Virus record (IMG/VR): IMGVR_UViG_3300035703_000083
Coordinates: 2,487-66,486 of that record
DNA length: 64,000 nucleotides
Source of the DNA: a virus
Strand: one strand, 5' to 3'
In this document: positions 25,941-34,022 of the stretch, in pieces
Position numbering within the stretch: the first letter of the stretch is position 1
Layout of the letters: each line of letters starts with the position of its first letter
Translations under genes and position numbers: made by a program
The notes under the pieces: model-generated
What the model saw: the letters and a program-made list of their open reading frames with translations, nothing else
Told to the model about the DNA's origin: nothing
Databases searched by the model: none

Positions 25941-26933
25941 ATGCAAGCCGCCATCACCGCCAATCCCGAAACCCTCGCATCATGTAGCTACATCCCAGGG
26001 CGTCATGATTTCAACCCTAAGCCTTGCTACGTTAGCGCCGGTCCCATTAACAAGCGCGCCAAACTACCTGCCGAACTTAAAGCGCTTCAAGCCGCGTTAA
26101 AAGTAGACTTCAAAACTATATTGTCGACCAATCCTAAAACTGAAAAGAGCGCAGTCCAAACCTACATCTTACATTTGGCGCCTGCCGATACTTCAGGCGT
26201 TAACATTTGCCCCGGCGCCGGCAATTGTCGTAAGATTTGCCTACATTTTGCAGGCAATCCCGTCTATATGACCGCGAAGCAAGCGGCCAGAATTCGCCGC
26301 ACCCTAGCCTATTCTGCAAACCCTCAGTGCTTCATGCTTGTATTGATCTGCGCGATCCTAGACAAAATCAACAAACACGCTAGCGAACCCTTAGCGTTCA
26401 GACTGAACGGCACTTCTGACGTAGCGTGGGAGAATGTAGATTTTACCATTACGCCTGAGTTTGCTACATTCTGCCGCATAAAGTTCGGCGCGATTCTCCC
26501 TATTGGCAAGCGTAACATTTTTGAGGTGTTTAACTTTATGCGAGACAATACGGGAGAAAATGTTACATTCTATGATTACACTAAAATCAGACGCAATTGG
26601 GCAGAATGTAAGCGCTTAGGCTATCACCTTACCTTCAGCTTCGATGGATGGAATAATGCCACCAATCTTAAACTGGCTTCTGACGCCATGGCCAATAATG
26701 TTAATTTGGCCGCTGCATTTAGCATCAAGAAAGGCCAGCCCTTAGCCTTTGATGACAATTCAGCCGATAAAATGAAGCGCTGGCTAGGTGCAGTGCCGCT
26801 GATCACTGACGGTGACCTGACGGACTACAGACCCGCTGATCCTAATGGCGGCGTGATCGTAGGCTTAAGGTTTAAGCTCCCTCATGGCATCGCCTACAGT
26901 GCCGTAGAGAGAGAGGCCTTCTGCATCGCGTGA
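25941..26933 (+). CDS. GP88-family protein (Cys-rich, radical-SAM-like)
   Basis: LHLAPA, NICPGAGNCRKICL, RLNGTSD, FYDYTK, YHLTFS, DGDLTDYRP.D, IVGLRFK. Confidence 0.8.
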   Translation: MQAAITANPETLASCSYIPGRHDFNPKPCYVSAGPINKRAKLPAELKALQAALKVDFKTILSTNPKTEKSAVQTYILHLAPADTSGVNICPGAGNCRKICLHFAGNPVYMTAKQAARIRRTLAYSANPQCFMLVLICAILDKINKHASEPLAFRLNGTSDVAWENVDFTITPEFATFCRIKFGAILPIGKRNIFEVFNFMRDNTGENVTFYDYTKIRRNWAECKRLGYHLTFSFDGWNNATNLKLASDAMANNVNLAAAFSIKKGQPLAFDDNSADKMKRWLGAVPLITDGDLTDYRPADPNGGVIVGLRFKLPHGIAYSAVEREAFCIA

Positions 26934-26982
26934 GAGGCGCCTAGGATCGCCTAGAAAGGGCGGCAGGCTGCAGCCATGATAA

Positions 26983-27013
26983 ATCCCCTAGGCGAGAGTC
27001 TGGGGGATCTTTT
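26983..27013 (+). terminator. Intrinsic terminator
   Basis: ATCCCCTAGGC-GAGA-GTCTGGGGGAT then CTTTT. Confidence 0.7.
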
Positions 27014-27084
27014 ATGGCGTGGGGGGATAATTCCGACATTTGAGGTCGGGATTTAGCATTGCAAATGTTACATTGTGCTAAACG

Positions 27085-27098
27085 GTAGCGTACGCTAC
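27085..27098. promoter_or_regulatory. NtcA-like box
   Basis: GTA-GCGTACGC-TAC, a perfect palindrome matching GTA-N8-TAC. Confidence 0.45.
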
Positions 27099-27263
27099 AG
27101 AATTATGGGCGGATCGGTGGTAGATTGGCCGCAGCGCAGTAACGCGGCAAAATAAAACGTGGTGGTGCGGGGTATCCCAAAATTGATGGCGGCTATTTTT
27201 CAAACGACTTTTTTGCCCCCAGTATTTATACCTACGCTCCTTCTATTTTGCGCTGTTAAAAGC

Positions 27264-27702
27264 TAGTGCGCACTGCGCGAACGATCTAGTCTTCAATGGA
27301 AGGGAGTGAGCGCACTAAGATTGTTCGTGCCAAGGAAAGGCTTACGAGAAGAAGCCGCCCGAAGCGGCGTAGGTTAGTGCCTTTCCCGTAGATTTTTCTT
27401 AGCAGTTCCGTTATGGAATGCTTTATTGCTTAATTTTCATTCTTCCTTTTGCGGCTGCGCACACTTTCAGCGGCTCGAGGCTATTTACGAGCGTTTAAGC
27501 AGAAGAAGAAAGTCGTTTAGAGATGGTTGTTAGGAAGGAGCCCTATGGAAGGAACGCCTTGGGGGCTCTTGCTCGTACGGGCTCCTGGCGAAGGTTTCTT
27601 TTGAAACTGTTTCGAGAGGGGCTGGAGGAAGGTCGCTTGAAACAATCGCCTTAGGGGCTTCCTGCGCGAGGCGACCTTCCTTTGCGAGGCTTGACAACCA
27701 TC
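27264..27702. ncRNA. Candidate large structured RNA
   Basis: About 440 nt without an ORF; many 7-11 bp stems including an 11-bp long-range pair. Confidence 0.45.
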
Positions 27703-27818
27703 GTTCCTACTGGTAATGGCAGGTAACGATTTCAGCCGAAGCTGCGCCTATACCTATCATATATCGAACTGTGGATCAGAGTGTGCTATGGTTTGGGAGT
27801 GTTCATGGAAAAAGGACT

Positions 27819-28508
27819 ATGGGAAGGGATTGCTTGCTAGTGCTGGCCTGGGCTGACAGCCCAAACAAAGTGAGGCTTGTGCCTTGCCAAAATCAGCAAG
27901 AAGCCATTCATCTCATCAAAGGCATGGTGCTATGCAGCCCTAAAGACTTGCAAGTGACAGCCTTTGGCTTTATTGATGACGCCCATCGCTTTAAAAGCCA
28001 ATGGCCTTCTCTCGCCAAGGGAGAATGGTTTGATTTTTCTCCTGCCATGAAAGTGCTGCTTCTAGAGAGTCTCGACAATCAGCGCGACACCCTCCAGGCC
28101 GCCATGTCTTCCTCCATTGACAATTATTTGCGATGGCCTGAATGGAACATTTCCCGCGCCGAGCGCCGTCGTCTCAACATTGAGGCAGGGCGCCTACCAA
28201 ATTTTGTGCAAGATGCCACTGACTACGTGTTATGGGCCGTTGCTGCTGTCAATGCCCAACGCAGCTATTGCTGCTCTCGTGACATTATTCGCCATCCTGC
28301 AAATGATGGACTTTACAATTCAAGCACCATCTACAATGTCCTTGCCGAAAGCAAGAAAAAGGGCCTTGTCAAAGAGGACATTATCGCCACTTCCAAGGTG
28401 TTTTCGCTCACCAATGCAGGCGCAAAGTTCTTGAAAGAAACAGAAGAGGCTTCACAAGCACCTCGTCCACGCAAAAGCGCTAGAAGCATGTATGGTGGCC
28501 TCCTATGA
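27819..28508 (+). CDS. Hypothetical protein: degenerate T5orf172/GIY-YIG-like N-terminus plus winged helix
   Basis: KGEWFDF motif; C-terminal STIYNVLAESKKKGLV...FSLTNAGAKFL. Confidence 0.55.
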   Translation: MGRDCLLVLAWADSPNKVRLVPCQNQQEAIHLIKGMVLCSPKDLQVTAFGFIDDAHRFKSQWPSLAKGEWFDFSPAMKVLLLESLDNQRDTLQAAMSSSIDNYLRWPEWNISRAERRRLNIEAGRLPNFVQDATDYVLWAVAAVNAQRSYCCSRDIIRHPANDGLYNSSTIYNVLAESKKKGLVKEDIIATSKVFSLTNAGAKFLKETEEASQAPRPRKSARSMYGGLL

Positions 28509-28744
28509 GCTATCACGATCCTTACGAAGACCTAGCGGAAGTGAGGGCTGTATGGCGCATCCACACGCCCAGTAGGCGCTACAAGAACAAAGTGCTAGCA
28601 GCGTTTGAAAAGCTCATGCAACTGCCCAAGACCAGCCATTACAAAACCAGCTTCCCGAAGTACGATGGCTATCAGTTCGACCTCCTTTCTTTTTCCATTG
28701 ACCATGGTGAAGAAAGCTTGTCTTCTTCCTACCCAGATTGGTGA
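28505..28744 (+). CDS. Hypothetical protein
   Basis: ATGA overlap. Confidence 0.6.
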   Translation: MSYHDPYEDLAEVRAVWRIHTPSRRYKNKVLAAFEKLMQLPKTSHYKTSFPKYDGYQFDLLSFSIDHGEESLSSSYPDW

Positions 28745-29142
28745 TGGCTGATTCTCTCAAGGAGCTTTGTCGCCTCGCCACTAAATACGCTCTGTGCCCT
28801 GAAATGGCTGAGCCTTCCTTGGCTGAACTCAAGAAGCGCTTTGCTGGTTTTGACTGGTGCAAAGACAAGGCCACTGCTGCTGCTTTTGGTTACTACGCAG
28901 CCATGGAAGAGTTCAATGGCAAGAAAACCATCACTAAAAGCATCCATGAGCAATGCACGTTAGTAGTGGACGATGCGCTGGCGGAAAAAATTGACGCTCT
29001 AGAAGCCACGGATAGGATGCTCACGCTTGTCTGTCGCTGGTTGCGTGAAGAAATGTCCCAAGAAGAATGGAGCCTATTTGATGGCTTGTTTGAACCATTC
29101 CTGATTAATGAAGATTTTATTGAGAAATACATAGAAGAGTAG
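28744..29142 (+). CDS. Hypothetical protein
   Basis: TGATG overlap. Confidence 0.65.
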   Translation: MADSLKELCRLATKYALCPEMAEPSLAELKKRFAGFDWCKDKATAAAFGYYAAMEEFNGKKTITKSIHEQCTLVVDDALAEKIDALEATDRMLTLVCRWLREEMSQEEWSLFDGLFEPFLINEDFIEKYIEE

Positions 29143-29202
29143 CAATTATTACTCTTCCCCATTGATCTTTTTATTAGGCTTAAGCATTAAGCTGAATTTG
29201 CC

Positions 29203-29391
29203 ATGTGGGATGATTTACCAATGCCCTTCATGGTGGGGGCTATTAAGATTTGGCCAGTTCACTCACGGGCTGAGTTTAGCCATTTTTTAGCCTTTGAAGG
29301 CAAGTCTTTTTACTTTCGCACCAAGAACGCAGCCATCCTCTTTGCTAAAGACCGTCAGTGCATGGATGATCCCGAGAATCTTTGTGATTGA
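29203..29391 (+). CDS. Hypothetical protein
   Basis: 62-aa ORF. Confidence 0.6.
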   Translation: MWDDLPMPFMVGAIKIWPVHSRAEFSHFLAFEGKSFYFRTKNAAILFAKDRQCMDDPENLCD

Positions 29392-29467
29392 AGCTTGGCT
29401 TCCAAGGCTTTTGCGCTAGTCTTGCTTTTGTCATCGCTGAGGGGCCTGGAGCCCCTTTTGTTGTCTC

Positions 29468-30907
29468 ATGAAGCTTAAAGAAAGCGCAAAGTGCGAAAAG
29501 ATTGCTCGAACTGGACGAGTGGAGAATTGGTTGAACGACCCAGAGGGGCGCCTTGCCGTGAGCTGCACAGTGTTTGTCGTAGAGGATTCAATGGAAGGGT
29601 CTGATGGCATTGAGCAATCATGGCGCTTTGTATCCCACGGACTACGGAATGGCGCAGGCGTGGCAGTGCATTTGTCAAATTTGCGCGCCAAGGGAGAAGA
29701 AAATGGTAAAGGCCTTGTGGCCAGTGGCCCCCTCAGTTTTGGCAAAATCTATTCCACTCTGAACGAAATTCTTCGTCGCGGAGGCAAGTACAAAAATGGC
29801 GCTGTTGTTTTGCATCTTGATTATGACCATCCCGATGCCATTGATTTAATTAAAGCTCCGCGCTCAGAGTTTCCATGGGCAAAGCGCTGTATTGACGTGG
29901 ACGAGCACTTTATTGACAAATCATCGCCTGAATTTATCAAAGCATTGTGTCAGGGCATTTCTAGCGGGGATGTTTGGCTCAATAAGATCCGCTATAACGA
30001 AAGAGGGGAACGACTTCGTGGAAATGTCTGCCTCGAAATTTATCTTCCTCATCGTGGCACTTGCCTTCTACAGCATGTCAATCTCGGTGCTTGTGGCATC
30101 AATGAAGTAGAACAAGCTTTCATGGATGGCATGTATCAGCTTTGTAAGCTGCATCCTTCTACGGGCGTGGGTGACACTGGCGAATACCTTTCTCCTTCCA
30201 TCGACAAGCAGGTGGGGCTTGGCATTCTGGGCCTAGCTAATTTTCTCTCCATTCACGAAATCTCCTACGAAGACTTTGGCAAAGCGCTAGAGGCCTATCT
30301 CGATGAAGATCCCCATCCTTGGTGCCATCATTGGGCGGATCAGCGTGCTGGTCAGGCGGTGGCCGCCCTTCAACGGGGCTTACTGAGCGCTGCAGACATT
30401 GCTAGGGAGCATGGCATGGAACGTGCCTTTACCATTGCTCCCACCGCATCGTGCTCCTACAGGTATTTGGACTCTAGGGGCTTCACCACTGCCCCCGAAA
30501 TTGCCCCTCCCATTGATCGAATTGTCGATCGAGATAGTGAGACAATGGGCGTGGAAAGGTTTGAATATGGGCCAGTGGAAATTGCCGAGCAAGTGGGCTG
30601 GGAAGCATTTAAGAAAGTGGCTGATGGCATTGTTGAGCTGATGCAACGCACTGGCCTCTTCCATGGCTATTCCATGAATTGGTGGTCTGATATGACTGTT
30701 TGCGACGAAGCCTTCTTGCGGGAATGGCTGGCTAGTCCGCAGTCGTCTATTTACTATGCGCTGCAAGTGCAATCAGGCACACAAGCTAAGGACGATGTTG
30801 GAGTAGACTTGGGAGAGAGTCTGACCAGCTTTTTCGGGCTGGAAGATGAGAGCGAGAGTGTTTCTTGCTCGGTCGATGCCGGGTTCTGCGCGGCTTGCGC
30901 AGAGTGA
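29468..30907 (+). CDS. nrdA: Ribonucleotide reductase class I alpha, short cyanophage (P-SSP7-like) type
   Basis: ARTGRV, VSCTVFVVEDSMEG, NVCLEI (thiyl Cys), TCLLQHVNLG, IAPTASCS, YY, C-terminal CAACAE. Confidence 0.95.
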   Translation: MKLKESAKCEKIARTGRVENWLNDPEGRLAVSCTVFVVEDSMEGSDGIEQSWRFVSHGLRNGAGVAVHLSNLRAKGEENGKGLVASGPLSFGKIYSTLNEILRRGGKYKNGAVVLHLDYDHPDAIDLIKAPRSEFPWAKRCIDVDEHFIDKSSPEFIKALCQGISSGDVWLNKIRYNERGERLRGNVCLEIYLPHRGTCLLQHVNLGACGINEVEQAFMDGMYQLCKLHPSTGVGDTGEYLSPSIDKQVGLGILGLANFLSIHEISYEDFGKALEAYLDEDPHPWCHHWADQRAGQAVAALQRGLLSAADIAREHGMERAFTIAPTASCSYRYLDSRGFTTAPEIAPPIDRIVDRDSETMGVERFEYGPVEIAEQVGWEAFKKVADGIVELMQRTGLFHGYSMNWWSDMTVCDEAFLREWLASPQSSIYYALQVQSGTQAKDDVGVDLGESLTSFFGLEDESESVSCSVDAGFCAACAE

Positions 30908-30934
30908 GTGTCCTTCAGTTCTTTATTGCTCACG

Positions 30935-30960
30935 GGGCCGAGGTTTCGGCCCTTTGTTTT
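30935..30960 (+). terminator. Hairpin between nrdA and nrdB (terminator or attenuator)
   Basis: GGGCCGAG-GT-TTCGGCCC then TTTGTTTT. Confidence 0.5.
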
Positions 30961-30991
30961 CTGTCCTTTCTTTTTGTTGCTTTGATTAAAG

Positions 30992-31723
30992 ATGGCCGTT
31001 CTTGATTATTTTTCCGCTGTTGCTCGCAAACGCCCCTGGCAGGCAGTGCCTGTGACCAAGGGAGAGTTCTTTCCTGGTTCCGAAGAGACCATTTTCCGCG
31101 CTCTTGCTATTCGCCATCTTGAGCTGCCCGTAAAAGACATGCTGCTGGAGGGCCTTGAGCGAGAGCTTCCTGATAGCCCTGGCTTGACTGAAAGCATCTA
31201 TAGCAACATTAAAGATGAAGAACGGCATGATGAAGCTTTGAATTACGTGGCGGCTGCTCATGGTATTGACGAACATGCAGAAAAAGAAGCTTTACGCATT
31301 CGCCAAGCTTGGTACGACCACCCTGCCCACCCCATGGCCAAAGTGGCAGTGCTAGAGCGGAGCTTGTTCTTTACCATCCTCCCTTTCTTTCGCTTTAATG
31401 GCGACAAAGGGCTTCGCACTGTTGCGACGGACATTTCTCGCGATGAAATCTGTCATGCCTTCTGCCACACGAAGATTTGCGAGGAAGCTGGAGAAAAGTA
31501 TGGCGACAGCTTGAACAAACTTCGGAAGATGACGGCGCTGTGGATTTACGACAAGCTTGGTTCTTCGGACAATAAGTATCTTGACAAGGACTTTTGGCTG
31601 CGTCAAAGTGACAGTTTGTTCTACAGCGGCAAAGCTCCTGAGCTAAATGAAACTCGTGCTAGCACGGTGCCAGCGTTCTTTGAAACGAATGCGCTGAACC
31701 TGCCTGCCTACGGGCGCGCCTGA
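30992..31723 (+). CDS. nrdB: Ribonucleotide reductase beta subunit (ferritin-like)
   Basis: LELPV, DEERHD, LERSLFF, DISRDEICH; adjacent to nrdA. Confidence 0.9.
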   Translation: MAVLDYFSAVARKRPWQAVPVTKGEFFPGSEETIFRALAIRHLELPVKDMLLEGLERELPDSPGLTESIYSNIKDEERHDEALNYVAAAHGIDEHAEKEALRIRQAWYDHPAHPMAKVAVLERSLFFTILPFFRFNGDKGLRTVATDISRDEICHAFCHTKICEEAGEKYGDSLNKLRKMTALWIYDKLGSSDNKYLDKDFWLRQSDSLFYSGKAPELNETRASTVPAFFETNALNLPAYGRA

Positions 31724-31811
31724 CGCTACAGTGGCAAGTGATAGAGGCCAAGCCCCTGTTAGCGCTGCTTGCGGCTCTTCACGCTTGGTCCATCTCTTGC
31801 TATGCTGATGC

Positions 31812-32106
31812 GACGGTCTAAGCCTGGCACTTGTCAGGGGAGGACCGTTCTCCCCCTCCATGGCTCTGTCTATGGAGAGCAACCAGTTCTGAGGTCCGAC
31901 GTTGGTTCGGGGTGCCTTTCCTGGATTGCGTTCCCGCTCTGCATGGGCCGGAAATTTCCAGCCGTAGCATCGGGCTAAGTCCTGTGTTTACAGGCCAGGG
32001 GAATGGCCACCTCTGCCAGTATGGTTCCACTGACATGGACCCTCGGGCCCCTCTGAAACGGACCAAACACCCCCTAAGCCTCTCAACGATGCTCAAACAT
32101 GGGGGT
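31812..32106 (+). ncRNA. Candidate structured RNA cluster
   Basis: Multiple nested stems; no credible ORF. Confidence 0.5.
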
Positions 32107-32110
32107 CACT

Positions 32111-32176
32111 GGGAAGCTGAGACAGCGCTAGGCCACAGAGCCTAGAAGAGCAAGGTGCAACTCCTCGCCTTCCCCA
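32111..32176 (+). ncRNA. tRNA-like RNA (aberrant cloverleaf ending in CCA)
   Basis: Acceptor GGGAAG/CTTCCC, mini arm GCTG/CAGC, arm CTAGGC/GCCTAG, T-arm-like GG-TGCAACT-CC. Confidence 0.55.
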
Positions 32177-32270
32177 TTGTTTTTCCTTATGGGGCCTTGC
32201 AAGGTGCTTGCTCGGGCTTAAACTACTGACGCCTCCCGCTGCCGAAAGCATAACCATCAGGTCAGAGCCC

Positions 32271-32843
32271 ATGTCAGCTTTTGTTATTGGAGACACTCAC
32301 TGGGGACACAGCAAAAGCTTGTCCTTCGTCCAGCCCGATGGCTCCCTCTTGCGTCCTTTCTCTTCTTGCGAAGAAATGGACGAGATAATGGTGGAACGGT
32401 GGAACTCAGTAGTACATCAAAAAGACACTGTGTATCATTTAGGCGACGTGGCCATTCCTCGCAGTGGACTAAAGAACGTAGCCAAGTGCAATGGGAGGAA
32501 AATCCTCATTCGCGGCAACCACGATACCTTCAAGCTCAAGGACTACGCCGAGCATTTTGAAGACATTCGCGGGGCCATGTTTCATCATGCGGGCAATGCA
32601 CTGCCAGGCGGCCTTATCTTCACGCATATCCCCGTACATCCCGATAATCTGCGCGGCCACTATCTTGGTAACGTTCACGGACATCTTCATTGTCATTTAG
32701 TGGTGAAGGATGGCCAAGTGGATGCAAGGTATTTTAATGCGTGCGTGGAAAGAAATAATTTTACTCCTGTACCATTAGAAGTAGTCATCGAGCATTTTCG
32801 TTCTAATGGACGAGCGCAAGCGAACGTTCAACACTCCCATTAG
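32271..32843 (+). CDS. Calcineurin-like metallophosphoesterase
   Basis: GDTHWGH, HLGDV, RGNHD, THIP, VHGHLH. Confidence 0.92.
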   Translation: MSAFVIGDTHWGHSKSLSFVQPDGSLLRPFSSCEEMDEIMVERWNSVVHQKDTVYHLGDVAIPRSGLKNVAKCNGRKILIRGNHDTFKLKDYAEHFEDIRGAMFHHAGNALPGGLIFTHIPVHPDNLRGHYLGNVHGHLHCHLVVKDGQVDARYFNACVERNNFTPVPLEVVIEHFRSNGRAQANVQHSH

Positions 32844-33003
32844 AGCGCCGTGGAATCCCGTGATTCACCAATTGCTAAAAGCAGTTGACGAGCACACTCG
32901 CCTGTATTTTCTCCATCGTGACCCTTGGCACCTACAGAAAGCAGCTCAACTAAGGCAATATCTGCACGAGCTTAAAAGCTACATTCACAAGCAAGAGGGA
33001 TGA
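32806..33003 (+). CDS. Cyanophage-type hypothetical protein
   Basis: NTPIRAPWNPVIHQLLKAVDEH...WH...A..LR.Y..ELK. Confidence 0.7.
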   Translation: MDERKRTFNTPIRAPWNPVIHQLLKAVDEHTRLYFLHRDPWHLQKAAQLRQYLHELKSYIHKQEG

Positions 33004-33093
33004 CTTTATTTTGTTTTAACAATAAGTGTATCCTGCAGGCTACATTTGCCTTTTTTTGAAGCCATAGCATGAAACAAAGAGCATTTTGTATCA

Positions 33094-33249
33094 ATGACTA
33101 CTCTTGTGTATCGTGGCGTTCCTTATGTGATGGAGCAAGAGCATGCGTCTTTTTCGGCCTGGTGGGCCTTCGTGCATCGTGCTTCGTTATGGCTTTGCTA
33201 TCGGGGTAAGAAATACCGCCCCTGCCAAAACGACAAGAGCGGCTGGTAG
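33094..33249 (+). CDS. DUF4278-like small protein with two YRG motifs (not in ORF track)
   Basis: MTTLVYRGVPY...LCYRGKKY. Confidence 0.8.
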   Translation: MTTLVYRGVPYVMEQEHASFSAWWAFVHRASLWLCYRGKKYRPCQNDKSGW

Positions 33250-33261
33250 CTAATGATGCCT

Positions 33262-33363
33262 TCAGGCAACACAAGGGCGATAGCCGTTGATTGAAGCCAA
33301 CTGGGCCTCTTGAAGACGAGCAGCTTTCTCAAGCTGGCGCTTCACGAGCAGCAGGACGTTCAT
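33262..33363 (-). CDS. Riboswitch-controlled downstream peptide (33 aa, not in ORF track)
   Basis: GGAGGA SD; MNVLLLVKRQLEKAARLQEAQLASINGYRPCVA. Confidence 0.75.
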   Translation of the reverse strand: MNVLLLVKRQLEKAARLQEAQLASINGYRPCVA

Positions 33364-33380
33364 CGACTGTTCCTCCATGG

Positions 33381-33434
33381 TCCCCATCCCCCGTTCCGTG
33401 GACGGCTTGCATGCGCCTCTTTCGAGGTGAACGT
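33381..33434 (-). ncRNA. Downstream-peptide / glutamine-II riboswitch
   Basis: Minus strand CGTTCA-CCTC-GAAA-GAGG-CGCA...ACGGAACGGGG before a small ORF; extended -10 TGATACACT just upstream. Confidence 0.85.
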
Positions 33435-33451
33435 CTCTTCAGTGTATCAAA

Positions 33452-33490
33452 GCCTCTGGCAGGAATCGAACCTGCAAAACCATGAGAGGC
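33452..33490 (-). ncRNA. tRNA minihelix (acceptor stem and T arm only)
   Basis: GCCTCT...GCAGG-TTCGATT-CCTGC-C-AGAGGC. Confidence 0.6.
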
Positions 33491-33620
33491 AAGAGAAGCA
33501 AGGTTTCGTCGCAATAGACGATCAACTGGTGCGGCCAGCGCCTTGCTTTGCTTGTGTCCAGAGCGCTTCAACTCGCCCAGAACGCTTGTGGCCTGCTAAA
33601 AAAAACCACGGAATCCACGT

Positions 33621-33760
33621 ATGAAGCCAGCATTGACGAGGATACTGGCTGCCGTTGCGCAACGGGCTCCTGCAGGAAGCCTGAAAAGCTTAGCAGACTT
33701 CCGTCCAGTACACGGCAGCCCCTTCCAGGAATAGGCGCCGATTGACGTGGCGGGCTTCAT
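33621..33760 (-). ncRNA. Candidate rod-shaped ncRNA with a central bubble
   Basis: Three nested 8-9 bp stems; T8 tract downstream on the minus strand. Confidence 0.5.
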
Positions 33761-33820
33761 GAAACGGCACTTCCCACATCTCCCGCTTTCCATTGCGAGA
33801 AAAGAGCAAACGTACCATGG

Positions 33821-33997
33821 CTAGTCAAGAGCTACAGCAGTTAGTTCCTTGTATTCTTCCTCCCATTGTTCAAAAGCAGCTTTCGCAAGCCTTGCTTCTT
33901 CGCTGCTGGGGCCATATAGCCTGCCTGCCTCTTCGATGGCGCTAGAGGCCTCCAGGGCGTTCTCCCACGCCTCTTCTGCAGCACGCGACAGGGCCAT
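33821..33997 (-). CDS. Small helical protein (not in ORF track)
   Basis: MALSRAAEEAWENALEASSAIEEAGRLYG... Confidence 0.6.
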   Translation of the reverse strand: MALSRAAEEAWENALEASSAIEEAGRLYGPSSEEARLAKAAFEQWEEEYKELTAVALD

Positions 33998-34022
33998 GGA
34001 GATGGAGCATGGTTCTATTAGT

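Noticed and set aside
27053-27081. CIRCE (HrcA) element
   Set aside because: Arms only partly match and the spacer is 11 nt rather than 9.
31800-32064. Hammerhead ribozyme
   Set aside because: CTGATGC and CTGAGGT do not match the CUGANGA core, and stem order does not fit.
33028-33043. NtcA box upstream of the DUF4278-like gene
   Set aside because: Spacing is GTA-N10-TAC, not N8.
32111-33490. Canonical tRNA or tmRNA genes
   Set aside because: Neither element has a proper D arm or 7-nt anticodon loop; no alanine-type acceptor or tag reading frame was found.
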